From the sequence record NZ_CP143948.1: 64,000 nucleotides of DNA; one strand, written 5' to 3'. Each line of letters opens with the position of its first letter. Position 1 is the stretch's first letter. The translations under genes and the position numbers were made by a program. The notes under the pieces were generated by a model, which saw nothing but the letters and a program-made list of their open reading frames with translations, was not told the origin of the DNA and did not search any database. This document shows, one piece after another, positions 8,969 to 17,651 of the stretch. The stretch comes from a plasmid.

Positions 8969-10405
8969 TTACTTTCTCCTGTCTATGTCACTGTCACTGT
9001 AATAGCGTGCCTTGCTTGCATACATTCTCCTGTCTGCTTCCTTCGCAATATCGTGTACAAACTCCCAGTCTTCCTCCAGACTTCTTACACATCCGTATGA
9101 GATGGTCATGGAATCGACGATTTTTCCTCTCCATTCAGCTACACTGCTGTCGAAATGCTTTGTCATAGCATCAAGCTCATCCGGCTTTTGTGTAATTATC
9201 ACAGCAAACTCATCTCCGCCTATTCTGTACACCCTGCCAAACTCACCAAAGCTTGCCATCATGCATGTTGCGGCTGCGCAAATCATCTCATCACCTGCAG
9301 CATGTCCATATGTATCGTTTACATGCTTTAAGCTGTTTAAATCAAGTGATATATATATCCACTCTTTTTTCAAATCAAGCTTATTGATATCTGTCTCATA
9401 GGCATGTCTGTTCAGGCACCCTGTAAGTGCATCAGTATTCGATATATACAGCAGCTTTTCTTTCTCATATTTTTCCTTCATAATCTTCGAAAACATATAC
9501 ATAATACAGCACGATGCGAGTATAAGATATATGCCAACTACAAGCAGTGCTACTACGCTGTTCGTCATATAAAAGGATTTGTCAATGGTGACAGCCACTA
9601 TATATTTGTCACCTCTCCTGATTACACATCTGCAGCCTGAATCATTTACGCTAATCTGCCTTACTGTTGGCTTATCGCTTTCCTTAATATCTGTTGGAAT
9701 GCCTAAATCGTGGAAGTTTTTTCCTATTTTGTCACAATCTGTGGCCCCCTTAACCAGTCCTGTATCTGCATCTGCCACATATATTTCCATGCCCTTGTAC
9801 ACAGGCATGTCAGAAACCACTGTAGATATTTCATTCTGCTTCAATTCATCTAAGAGCCTTTGCGGCTTCAAACCCACCTGTACCATCATTGTACCAGCCT
9901 CATTCCAGGTAATGGCATACATCATTGCCTTTCCCTCTGATGTATTCGGTGTGACATCCTGACACATCGTAAGGCTCTTATCGGTGAGCATTGGTTTAAA
10001 ATATGACATCTGAGTCCCCGAATCAAAGCTGTAGCCAAAGTATTTTGGCACGCTGCCGCTGGTTATACAACCTGTTTCATCAAACAGATGTATCTCATCT
10101 ACCGACATCAGCTTTGCTATCTTTTGCAATTCCTCCACATCATTTTCTACCTGTGGCTTTGCATCTACGATATATGACACTGCCTTTGCCCTGACTATAT
10201 AATCGTCCTTTAACGATTCTATAAGTTCCTCCTCACTCTGGTCATTTTTATTGAGCACAGTGACAACACGATCCAGAAGCACCTTTGATAGCCTATATGC
10301 ATTTGCATCATTTACATATTTCAAAATTCCCGCCTCGAGAATCAATGCTACTACGATTACTGAAACTGAGACCATTGCAAATCTTCGCTTATTTTTCATA
10401 TCCAA
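8969..10405 (-). CDS. Diguanylate cyclase: membrane-anchored, with an N-terminal extracytoplasmic sensor domain and a C-terminal GGDEF domain.
   Basis: 478 aa with an N-terminal TM, a periplasmic Cache/sensor-like region and a second TM. The GGDEF motif is intact (RIGGDEFAVI). An extended -10 (TGGTATAAT) lies 7 nt upstream of the ATG and no RBS is present, so the mRNA may be leaderless. Confidence 0.85.
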   Translation of the reverse strand: MDMKNKRRFAMVSVSVIVVALILEAGILKYVNDANAYRLSKVLLDRVVTVLNKNDQSEEELIESLKDDYIVRAKAVSYIVDAKPQVENDVEELQKIAKLMSVDEIHLFDETGCITSGSVPKYFGYSFDSGTQMSYFKPMLTDKSLTMCQDVTPNTSEGKAMMYAITWNEAGTMMVQVGLKPQRLLDELKQNEISTVVSDMPVYKGMEIYVADADTGLVKGATDCDKIGKNFHDLGIPTDIKESDKPTVRQISVNDSGCRCVIRRGDKYIVAVTIDKSFYMTNSVVALLVVGIYLILASCCIMYMFSKIMKEKYEKEKLLYISNTDALTGCLNRHAYETDINKLDLKKEWIYISLDLNSLKHVNDTYGHAAGDEMICAAATCMMASFGEFGRVYRIGGDEFAVIITQKPDELDAMTKHFDSSVAEWRGKIVDSMTISYGCVRSLEEDWEFVHDIAKEADRRMYASKARYYSDSDIDRRK

Positions 10406-10452
10406 ATTATACCAAATATATGCTGATTACGCTATATTTTTCTATAAAATTA

Positions 10453-10723
10453 CGGACCGCAGGTCACCGCCTGCCGGGCAACGCACATACTCCCCGTAAG
10501 CTACGCTGCGCGGCTAAGATTCTGTACGAAATTATGCTTACAGTCTTTCTATGCTTGACGAAACCGGCTTTTATGCGCCGTCCATGGCGCATAACGCCTT
10601 GCCCAGCCGTCCATGGCTGGGCATTTCTGTGTTTCATGGCATAATTTCTACAGTATCTAAGCCGCTTCGCTATTCGCTTACGGGGAGTATGTGCGTTGCC
10701 CGGCAGGCGGTGACCTGCGGTAC
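10453..10723. repeat. Long rod-like palindromic element, copy 1 of a 2-copy family (271 bp). It has a perfect 46-bp GC-rich terminal inverted repeat, a conserved core, and two apical hairpins with GUCCAU loops.
   Basis: Outer stem: 10456-10501 pairs perfectly with 10676-10721. Shared core with copy 2 (CTACGCTGCGC..CTAAGATWCTGTACGRAATTATGCTT..CTATGCYTGACGAAACCG on the 5' side and TTTCTGTGTTTCATGGCATAATTTCTACAGTATCTAAG..GCTTCGCTATTCGC on the 3' side). Central hairpins are TATGCGCC-GTCCAT-GGCGCATA at 10572-10593 and CCCAGCC-GTCCAT-GGCTGGG at 10602-10621. The element starts 26 nt after the hemerythrin stop and ends about 50 nt before the GGDEF gene start. Confidence 0.75.
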
Positions 10724-10749
10724 TTACTCTTTGCTAAAACTCAGGTACT

Positions 10750-11151
10750 TTATTGTGGCTTCGGTATCTGGCAGTCAACATACAGGATATGGTTTATCAG
10801 CCAGTCTGTGAGGTATTTAAGGATTCCCATAATCTGCTCATCCTGATCTATCTCCTCATCACTGTGATGCTCAATGAACTCATCCAGCTTTTGTACAAAT
10901 TCCATATGCTGAACCTTCTGTGTAAACATCTTCTTGTAATGGATTGATTCCATGTACTGCTCCTCGTCAGCAAAGTGCTTTACCGTGTAGTCGCGCAGCT
11001 TCTCCAAGATGATATCCATCTTATCATATTTATCCGGTGTAAACTCATCATGCAGCAGTTCATATGCCTCATCTGCATATTTAAATAACTGCTTGTGCTC
11101 TTCATCAATCATATCTATTCCGATATAATATTCTGGTTTCATTTCATACAT
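10750..11151 (-). CDS. Hemerythrin-like metal-binding protein (bacteriohemerythrin, HHE cation-binding domain).
   Basis: 133 aa. The motifs IDEEHKQLF, H..E..H and HFADEE are typical of hemerythrin. Confidence 0.75.
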   Translation of the reverse strand: MYEMKPEYYIGIDMIDEEHKQLFKYADEAYELLHDEFTPDKYDKMDIILEKLRDYTVKHFADEEQYMESIHYKKMFTQKVQHMEFVQKLDEFIEHHSDEEIDQDEQIMGILKYLTDWLINHILYVDCQIPKPQ

Positions 11152-11346
11152 AATTTCATCCTTCTTTCTTATGTAGTAATATATAAACTTTATGTTTTAT
11201 CATTAGCAACACTTTAACATTTCAACCAAAATGACTTATGATGTATAACGTAAACAGGTTGCTGTGCGACTATTTCAAGCGCCAGAACCATAAAATATGG
11301 TACTGCCGGTCACATCGCAGTGTGGCTGGTGATAACCGGACAGTCA

Positions 11347-12027
11347 TTAATTTATGGATTTTATATGCTTCCGGTTGTAGATCAGATGCAGATACATCGC
11401 ATCGTGGGCACGGACGGCATCGTGGGCTGCAATTGCATCTGCAATTTCACGATGAGTTTCGATGGTTTCATCCCGCAAGGTGAATTCTTTAGACTCACTG
11501 ATCAGAGGAATTGAACTGTTGATGATAGGAACCAGCTTTGGAACAACTATATTTTTGCTGCTTAAGGCAATAGCAGTATGAAATGCTCTATCCTTTTCAG
11601 TGTGATTTTTATTTGCAAGAAGGAGCTTTTCGGTATTTTCACATGCAGTAAGTATGTTTTTGATATCTGTCTCATCTGCACGGATAGCGGCCATGGCAGC
11701 TATGGATGGTTCGATTAGAAATCTGATTTCCATCAGATCTTTAATCATCTTTTGTTTATCTTCAACAAAGGTCAGGCCGAATGGATCATCAATCATCCCG
11801 GGAGTGGCGGAAACATATGAACCGGAGCCTTGGCGTATGGTGATTACATTACGTGATGCGAGTGCTCGCATAGCTTCACGCAGAGAGCTTCTTCCAACAT
11901 TCAGCCGTTCACACATTACGGTTTCGTTCGGAAGCTTGTCACCCGGCTGCAGATTTTCATCCAGTATGTATTTGATAATTCTCTCTGCAATCCTTTGGGA
12001 AAGAGTTTTTTCTTTGGAATTTTGCAT
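11347..12027 (-). CDS. GntR-family transcriptional regulator (FadR/FCD subfamily).
   Basis: N-terminal winged HTH (LPNETVMCERLNVGRSSLREAMRAL) plus a C-terminal FCD-like helical domain. Confidence 0.8.
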   Translation of the reverse strand: MQNSKEKTLSQRIAERIIKYILDENLQPGDKLPNETVMCERLNVGRSSLREAMRALASRNVITIRQGSGSYVSATPGMIDDPFGLTFVEDKQKMIKDLMEIRFLIEPSIAAMAAIRADETDIKNILTACENTEKLLLANKNHTEKDRAFHTAIALSSKNIVVPKLVPIINSSIPLISESKEFTLRDETIETHREIADAIAAHDAVRAHDAMYLHLIYNRKHIKSIN

Positions 12028-12141
12028 GTGATTTGCCTCCTGTTGCCCAATGCCTTGATGTTTAGTTTTTCTGTTCGTTTAAATATTCTTTCAAATATTT
12101 CATTGGCATTCTTTTTGTCTGTAACTCCCGGAAAATATTCC

Positions 12142-13818
12142 TTATATCCCATAGTTGTTTAAAAACACGCCTTTTTCGCATGGTCTGCCATACAGATATC
12201 CCTGCATATAATCTACATAGATTTCTTTCATTGCGCAAGCCCACTCTTCCTTCTCAATTCCCTCAATGCAGATTTTTATATTTATACTGTGAACCATCTC
12301 TATAATCTTTCTGAACAGCTCATAGTCCTTCTCACTGCTCATCGCCCTTGCCGTAAAATCCTTATCTATCTTTACATAGTCCGGGTTCATCTCACTGATA
12401 TAGCGAAGATTTGAATAGCCTGTTCCAAAATCATCTATTATGAACTGGATATTATTCTCATCAAGCTTTTTCCTGAAGCTGCAAAAACATGGCGTCATAT
12501 CCATGAATCCACTCTCTGTCATTTCGATACAGATGGATTCAGGTCTCAGATTGTTTGCCCGGATAGCAGTAAGGATTTTATTTGCCATACTTCCACGCAT
12601 AATCTGTATATATGATACATTGATATTTACCCTGAAATCCGCAATATACTGCTGCATTTCACGGCACATTTTTGCTGCTTCGTTCAATACAAACTCTCCA
12701 ACCGGAATGATGAGCCTGCTCTTCTCCAGTAAAGGAATAAACTCAACCGGGGAAATCATTTCATCGCCCTCATCCGAATGCATGAAAAACCGTAAAAGTG
12801 CCTCTGCACCGATTATTCGATTAGCACTATCTAAGATAGGCTGATAATATACCTCAAAGCCTTCAAAATCATTTACAGTTGCGCTACGAAGCGCACTCAG
12901 GATGGTATTTTTGCGCAATGACACTTTATAATCCTCTTCCTCGAAGAAATAAAGGCTTCCTCCGCCTCTTTTTTTTGCGCATTTTAAAGAAAAATCCGAC
13001 TTTTTCCTGCACTCTATTGCGTCCTCTGCCAGTGTTGATATATCTGTCACTCCGGCAGAAATCGAAAAGATTGATTTATAGTTTTCATCAACTATAAACT
13101 CATCAATTTTTTCACCTATCCTTTTGAACAACTGCACCACATCATCCTGCGATTTGCTAAGCATATCCACAAGCATATACTTATCTGTAACAAGATGATA
13201 TATTCTCTGACCGCTTGAGAGACATTCTGCTATGCATTCGGCCACTCTTTTAAGTATGTAGTTGCCATATATCTGACCCTGAACATTATTGATTATCCCA
13301 AAATCGTCAATTCCAATCTGTATGAAATAACCTGACAGCTTCTCTTTAGGCTGTGAATAGAGATATGATGCCATCTCCTTTTCACCTAACAGCCCACTGA
13401 TATTGTCAGCTCGCTGCCTTGTTCCTGTCTCGTTCATGCAGCCTATAATATATCGTGGTTTCCCCGCCTCGTCATTGATGACCTCCCCACGGCAGTTAAT
13501 CCATACCGGGAGATTTTTGCTGTTCATCAAACGACATAGCACGTTGTACCTTTTTTCTTTTCCATCATATATTTTACGCTTGTGATTTTCGAGCAGCTTA
13601 CGGTCTTTCTCATAAACCAATGTACGAAGATGCTTTGTTGCATCATTCATAAATTTATCAGGAAGCATAAAACGCTCTACCGCTGACTGTGATATCCTCA
13701 GTGTATCATTCTTTAAATCTATAATATACAGATAATCATCCATACAAGGTGCAATTAAGTCTATCAGACTTCCTGCCTCCTGCTCGTCAAGTATTTTATA
13801 TGCATCAAAAGCCCTCAT
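12142..13818 (-). CDS. c-di-GMP phosphodiesterase: PAS-like N-terminus, a degenerate GGDEF domain (GIDDF) and an EAL domain.
   Basis: EAL motifs are present (GAEALLRF, DDFGTGYSNLRY, EGIE). The GGDEF signature is degenerate (QIGIDDFG). It sits in an apparent operon with the upstream MCP gene (22-nt gap). Confidence 0.8.
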   Translation of the reverse strand: MRAFDAYKILDEQEAGSLIDLIAPCMDDYLYIIDLKNDTLRISQSAVERFMLPDKFMNDATKHLRTLVYEKDRKLLENHKRKIYDGKEKRYNVLCRLMNSKNLPVWINCRGEVINDEAGKPRYIIGCMNETGTRQRADNISGLLGEKEMASYLYSQPKEKLSGYFIQIGIDDFGIINNVQGQIYGNYILKRVAECIAECLSSGQRIYHLVTDKYMLVDMLSKSQDDVVQLFKRIGEKIDEFIVDENYKSIFSISAGVTDISTLAEDAIECRKKSDFSLKCAKKRGGGSLYFFEEEDYKVSLRKNTILSALRSATVNDFEGFEVYYQPILDSANRIIGAEALLRFFMHSDEGDEMISPVEFIPLLEKSRLIIPVGEFVLNEAAKMCREMQQYIADFRVNINVSYIQIMRGSMANKILTAIRANNLRPESICIEMTESGFMDMTPCFCSFRKKLDENNIQFIIDDFGTGYSNLRYISEMNPDYVKIDKDFTARAMSSEKDYELFRKIIEMVHSINIKICIEGIEKEEWACAMKEIYVDYMQGYLYGRPCEKGVFLNNYGI

Positions 13819-13839
13819 TAAATTTCACCTTCTATTATA

Positions 13840-15552
13840 TTACTCTTCAATGTCTGAGATTTTGAATTTTGCTATCATTTCACTCAGATTTTCTGATTCA
13901 CTGCTCATCTGCTGGCTCGCAGCCGCACACTCCTGTGATGTTGCTGAATTGGTCTGTACAACATCATTGATCTGCTCAATTCCTTCGTTAATCTGCTTGA
14001 TCTCACTGGTCTGGGTCTCCAGTGTATCAGCTATATTAGTCACCTCTTTTGTAATCACCTTAGAGTTCTCTGCTACTTCTTCAAGCTGTGAAGCTGTCTG
14101 CTCTGCAATATTCATGCCTTTTTCAACAGCCTGCACAGATGTCTCTATAAGCGCAGCTGATTCCTTTGCAGCCTGTGCACTTTGATCGGCAAGCATATTT
14201 ACCTGATTTGCCACAACCGCAAAGCCTTTTCCTGCCTCCCCTGCTCTTGCTGCCTCAATAGAAGCGTTTAATGCAAGCAGGTTGGTCTGTGATGCAATCT
14301 CATTAATGGTTGATATAATCTGGTCAATCTGTTTAGAGGCTTCGTTTATTTCATGCATAGATGTAACCATCTCCTGCATCTTTCCATTGCTTTCCCAAAT
14401 TGCACCTCCAAGCTCATCCACTCTTCCACTGATTTCCTTTGCACTCTTTGAATTCTGCTCCACCTGCTCTGAAACTCCCTCAACCGTCGCTGTCAGTTCC
14501 TCTACAACCGCAGCCTGATTGGTTGCACCGTCTGCAAGGTCATTTGAGCTTGCAGCTACCTGCTCTGCCGCACTTGAAACCTCGCTTGATACATTCTGGA
14601 TTCCCTTTATGGTGACTGCCATACTTTTTTCAAATTCCATAAATGAATGTAAAATACCTACAAAATCGCCTCTCCACTCTACTTCCGGCTGTGCATCAAA
14701 ATGTCCGTCCGCAAAGAGCTTCATCGACCTGTCTATATCATCCACATATGAGCCGAGAATACGGATAGACTTTCTCATGCTGTGTGCCAATCTACCGATT
14801 TCATCCTCTGAACGGTAATCAAGTGTGCTGTGAAGATTTCCTTCTGTCAGCTCCTTTGCCACTTCCTCGATTGCATGTAATGGCTCAAGGATTGTATCAA
14901 GCACGATCTTTCCTGTTCTCTTTGTCAACTGCCATGCACATATCAGACAGATAATGATGACCATGAGTCCGACTGCAGCACATACATATGTCCTTACAAC
15001 TGCCTGATGGCTTCTTTCGTCAGTCAGCTTGTTGATTTCCTTTGCAAGCTCAACTGTTTTATTTAACTTTGGTGTACACTCATTGATAATCTGATCAACA
15101 GCCTCATCCTTCTGTCCGGCTTTAATCTTATCCATGATTGAGTATCCGATATTCGCCCAGTCAGAAAGAGCCTTTGAATATTCATTATACTGATTCTCAG
15201 GAACGATACCTGATTTTTTTATTGTTTTTAACTGCACATCAACATCTTCAAGCTTTTCTTTTGCGCCCTGCTCATAGTCGTCATATGTTGATTTGTCAGG
15301 ATTAAGTGCCATCTCTCTTACATTTCTAGCCGCTGCATTTACATTTATTCTACATGTCTTAACCGCCTGATCGGCAGCATTTACCTTGTTTACATAGTTT
15401 AACATATTGAAAAACAACACACCAATGACCGCAATCGAAAGCAGTCCCGAAATAAGCATCATGGTAATAACCATTCTATAGCCATAGTTAATCCTTTCAC
15501 CCAAATGCATGTTTTCCAATTTCTTTTTCATCGCATCTTTTTTTGAAGACAT
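13840..15552 (-). CDS. Methyl-accepting chemotaxis protein: N-terminal TM-flanked sensor region, HAMP domain and MCP signalling domain.
   Basis: 570 aa. The highly conserved MCP signalling hairpin (NLLALNASIEAARAGEAGKGFAVVANQV) and two TM segments are present. Confidence 0.85.
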   Translation of the reverse strand: MSSKKDAMKKKLENMHLGERINYGYRMVITMMLISGLLSIAVIGVLFFNMLNYVNKVNAADQAVKTCRINVNAAARNVREMALNPDKSTYDDYEQGAKEKLEDVDVQLKTIKKSGIVPENQYNEYSKALSDWANIGYSIMDKIKAGQKDEAVDQIINECTPKLNKTVELAKEINKLTDERSHQAVVRTYVCAAVGLMVIIICLICAWQLTKRTGKIVLDTILEPLHAIEEVAKELTEGNLHSTLDYRSEDEIGRLAHSMRKSIRILGSYVDDIDRSMKLFADGHFDAQPEVEWRGDFVGILHSFMEFEKSMAVTIKGIQNVSSEVSSAAEQVAASSNDLADGATNQAAVVEELTATVEGVSEQVEQNSKSAKEISGRVDELGGAIWESNGKMQEMVTSMHEINEASKQIDQIISTINEIASQTNLLALNASIEAARAGEAGKGFAVVANQVNMLADQSAQAAKESAALIETSVQAVEKGMNIAEQTASQLEEVAENSKVITKEVTNIADTLETQTSEIKQINEGIEQINDVVQTNSATSQECAAASQQMSSESENLSEMIAKFKISDIEE

Positions 15553-15798
15553 AGTTTGTTATTTCCTCCTATCTTATGATACCTTTTGACCCTTTAATCA
15601 TATTATTATTTATACTCAAGTCTGAATTCGTCAGATGAATTTAGTATAGTACTATTTTTCTAAGGGCACAATACTGTATTCTCAATAATCTTTATGTGAA
15701 TCTTTCTATTAAATATGTGGTTTTGCACAAAATGGTATGATTTTTTCGCAATTCCCTCAAAATACGTATGATGATTTTTATCTTGTTTTATGTAATGA

Positions 15799-16063
15799 TG
15801 CAAGTCCCGGCTGCCCGACCGGCCACACAGCTTCCCCGCGTGCTACGCTGCGCTACTAAGATACTGTACGGAATTATGCTTGAAGGGCTTCTATGCCTGA
15901 CGAAACCGTCGAAACGCGCCGTCCGTGGCGCGGTTCTCCTCGCCCCTGCGTCCATGCAGGAGCGTTTCTGTGTTTCATGGCATAATTTCTACAGTATCTA
16001 AGAAGCTTCGCTATTCGCACGCGGGGGAAGCTGTGTGTGCCGGTCGGGCAGCCGGGGCTTGCA
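15799..16063. repeat. Long rod-like palindromic element, copy 2 (265 bp). Same conserved core as copy 1, but with a different and still complementary ~45-bp terminal stem, and hairpins with GUCCGU and GUCCAU loops.
   Basis: Outer stem: 15799-15843 pairs with 16018-16063, with 2 one-nt bulges and 1 T-G position. The core is near-identical to copy 1. Central hairpins are CGCGCC-GTCCGT-GGCGCG at 15915-15932 and CTCCTGC-GTCCAT-GCAGGAG at 15945-15964. The element starts about 20 nt after the TauE stop and lies about 245 nt upstream of the MCP start. Confidence 0.75.
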
Positions 16064-16082
16064 GTTATATATTCAAGAAAAA

Positions 16083-16859
16083 TCAGCTCAGAAGTGAAAA
16101 TGCAAATACCACGATGCCAAGTATTACAAGCACAATACCTGTGGCACGGTTTAAGGTTTTTGCGGATGCCTTGTTTGCAAAGACCGCTGCAATTCTCGCC
16201 CAAAGGAGTGTAAATGCAATACATAAAAGCAGCACAAACCAGTCCGGTTTTCCACCGATGGCAAAGTGCGAGGCAGCTCCTGTAAAGGCTGTAAATGCCA
16301 TGATAAATACGCTCGTTCCGACTGCAGTCTTAAGCTCATAGCCAAGCACCGATGTGAGGATGAGGAGCATCATCATACCGCCTCCCGCACCTATGAAGCC
16401 ACAGATAAATCCGATAAGCACGCCGCAGATGATTGACTGGACAGCTCTCTTTTTAGCTGAAACTCCCTGCATGGCCTCCTTTGTTGTCATGACAGGACGG
16501 ACTATAAACTTGATTCCGAGTAAAAATGTCATAAATACCGAAAAGTTGCCCATTGTTGCTGACGGCACGAGGCTTGATACATAGCTCCCGACAACCGTGA
16601 AGCATAAAACCGTGACCATCATTATGAGCCCGTTTTTTACATCAAGGTTCTTGTTCTTTCCATATGTATAGGCTGACACTGCGCTGGCAAGTACATCAGA
16701 CGACAGGGCTATTCCCACTGCCATATAAGGATCCATTCCCAAAAATGTAATGAGCATAGGGCTTATTACTGCTGCTGCGCTTAGTCCCGCAAAGCCGGTT
16801 CCAAGGCCTGCGCCCATACCGGCAAAAAATGTTACTATTATAGTTATTAATGTGCTCAT
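16083..16859 (-). CDS. TSUP-family transporter (TauE/SafE sulfite-exporter-like membrane protein).
   Basis: 258-aa polytopic membrane protein with glycine-rich repeats in two halves, typical of TSUP. It overlaps the upstream marR by 4 nt, suggesting an operon. Confidence 0.7.
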   Translation of the reverse strand: MSTLITIIVTFFAGMGAGLGTGFAGLSAAAVISPMLITFLGMDPYMAVGIALSSDVLASAVSAYTYGKNKNLDVKNGLIMMVTVLCFTVVGSYVSSLVPSATMGNFSVFMTFLLGIKFIVRPVMTTKEAMQGVSAKKRAVQSIICGVLIGFICGFIGAGGGMMMLLILTSVLGYELKTAVGTSVFIMAFTAFTGAASHFAIGGKPDWFVLLLCIAFTLLWARIAAVFANKASAKTLNRATGIVLVILGIVVFAFSLLS

Positions 16860-17296
16860 TTGTGTGATTTCCTCCTGATTATTTCATCCATATTATTCTC
16901 AAGCTGTTCCATAACAATCGTCAGCTGCTTTTTCTGCTCCTCATCTACCCCTGCAAACAGATTTGCTGTAAACTGCTGCTGTATACGCCTTCCTCTTTCA
17001 ATGACAGTCCCGGCCTTTTTTGTACAGACAAGCTCCGTCTTCCTCCTATCATTTTCCACAGGTTTTCTCTCCAGATAGCCCTCATTCACAAGCTTATCAA
17101 CATTTACAGACACAAGATTTGCCTTGATTTTTCTTATTTCAACTATATCCCTTGCCGTCTTATATTCCGGATTGTTCGCCAGAAACATGAGTATATCAAA
17201 GGCTGTCTGCGGAAGCTTTAGCTCATGGCACAGTGGTCTGCACTCATCGCTGTAGGTTCGCGAAATCTTCTCTGCAAACTCAAAGTTAAATTTCAT
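16856..17296 (-). CDS. MarR-family transcriptional regulator.
   Basis: Winged-HTH MarR signature (DILMFLANNPEYKTARDIVEI....LVNEGYLERKPVENDRRKTEL). The likely start is the second ATG at 17296, preceded by a GAAGGA RBS. Confidence 0.8.
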   Translation of the reverse strand: MKFNFEFAEKISRTYSDECRPLCHELKLPQTAFDILMFLANNPEYKTARDIVEIRKIKANLVSVNVDKLVNEGYLERKPVENDRRKTELVCTKKAGTVIERGRRIQQQFTANLFAGVDEEQKKQLTIVMEQLENNMDEIIRRKSHK

Positions 17297-17651
17297 ATGT
17301 GATATTCCTTCTTTTCTTTTCATATTTTGCTGCTTCGTTATACATTTTTGAATTATTCATTTTTGAACTAATTATATATCTCTCTGTCATTTTGTCAAGC
17401 GGTTATCGTAATTTATACCCTGCAATGCTATACTTTTTGAGGCATTTTTTCATTAACTATTATGATATGATTTAACAGTTATATAATACCTTGAAAGTAT
17501 CCTGCAGTCATGGTATTATATGTAATTGGCGCTTTGTTGCACATTTTAAACACCGGCTAATCTACCGGTGATTTTAATTTTAATAACTAAAGCTTCGTAC
17601 ATATATAATGTAGGAGTTTTAAATTAACAATCATTTACAATAGGAGGAATT

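Noticed and set aside
10535-10571. Hammerhead-ribozyme-like CUGACGAAAC motif inside the palindromic elements.
   Set aside because: A CGAAAC is present, but the CUGANGA box and a stem II between the boxes are missing, so it is not a hammerhead core.
10285-10644. ORFs 10285-10644 (+) and 15768-16001 (+) with partially similar peptides.
   Set aside because: The similarity comes from the shared nucleotide core of the two palindromic elements. The frames cross GC-rich stems and have no RBS.
11916-12244. Small minus-strand ORFs 11916-12152 and 12062-12244 overlapping the GntR start and the GntR-EAL gap.
   Set aside because: They overlap the RBS and start of confirmed genes and have no independent signals. 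They are likely spurious.
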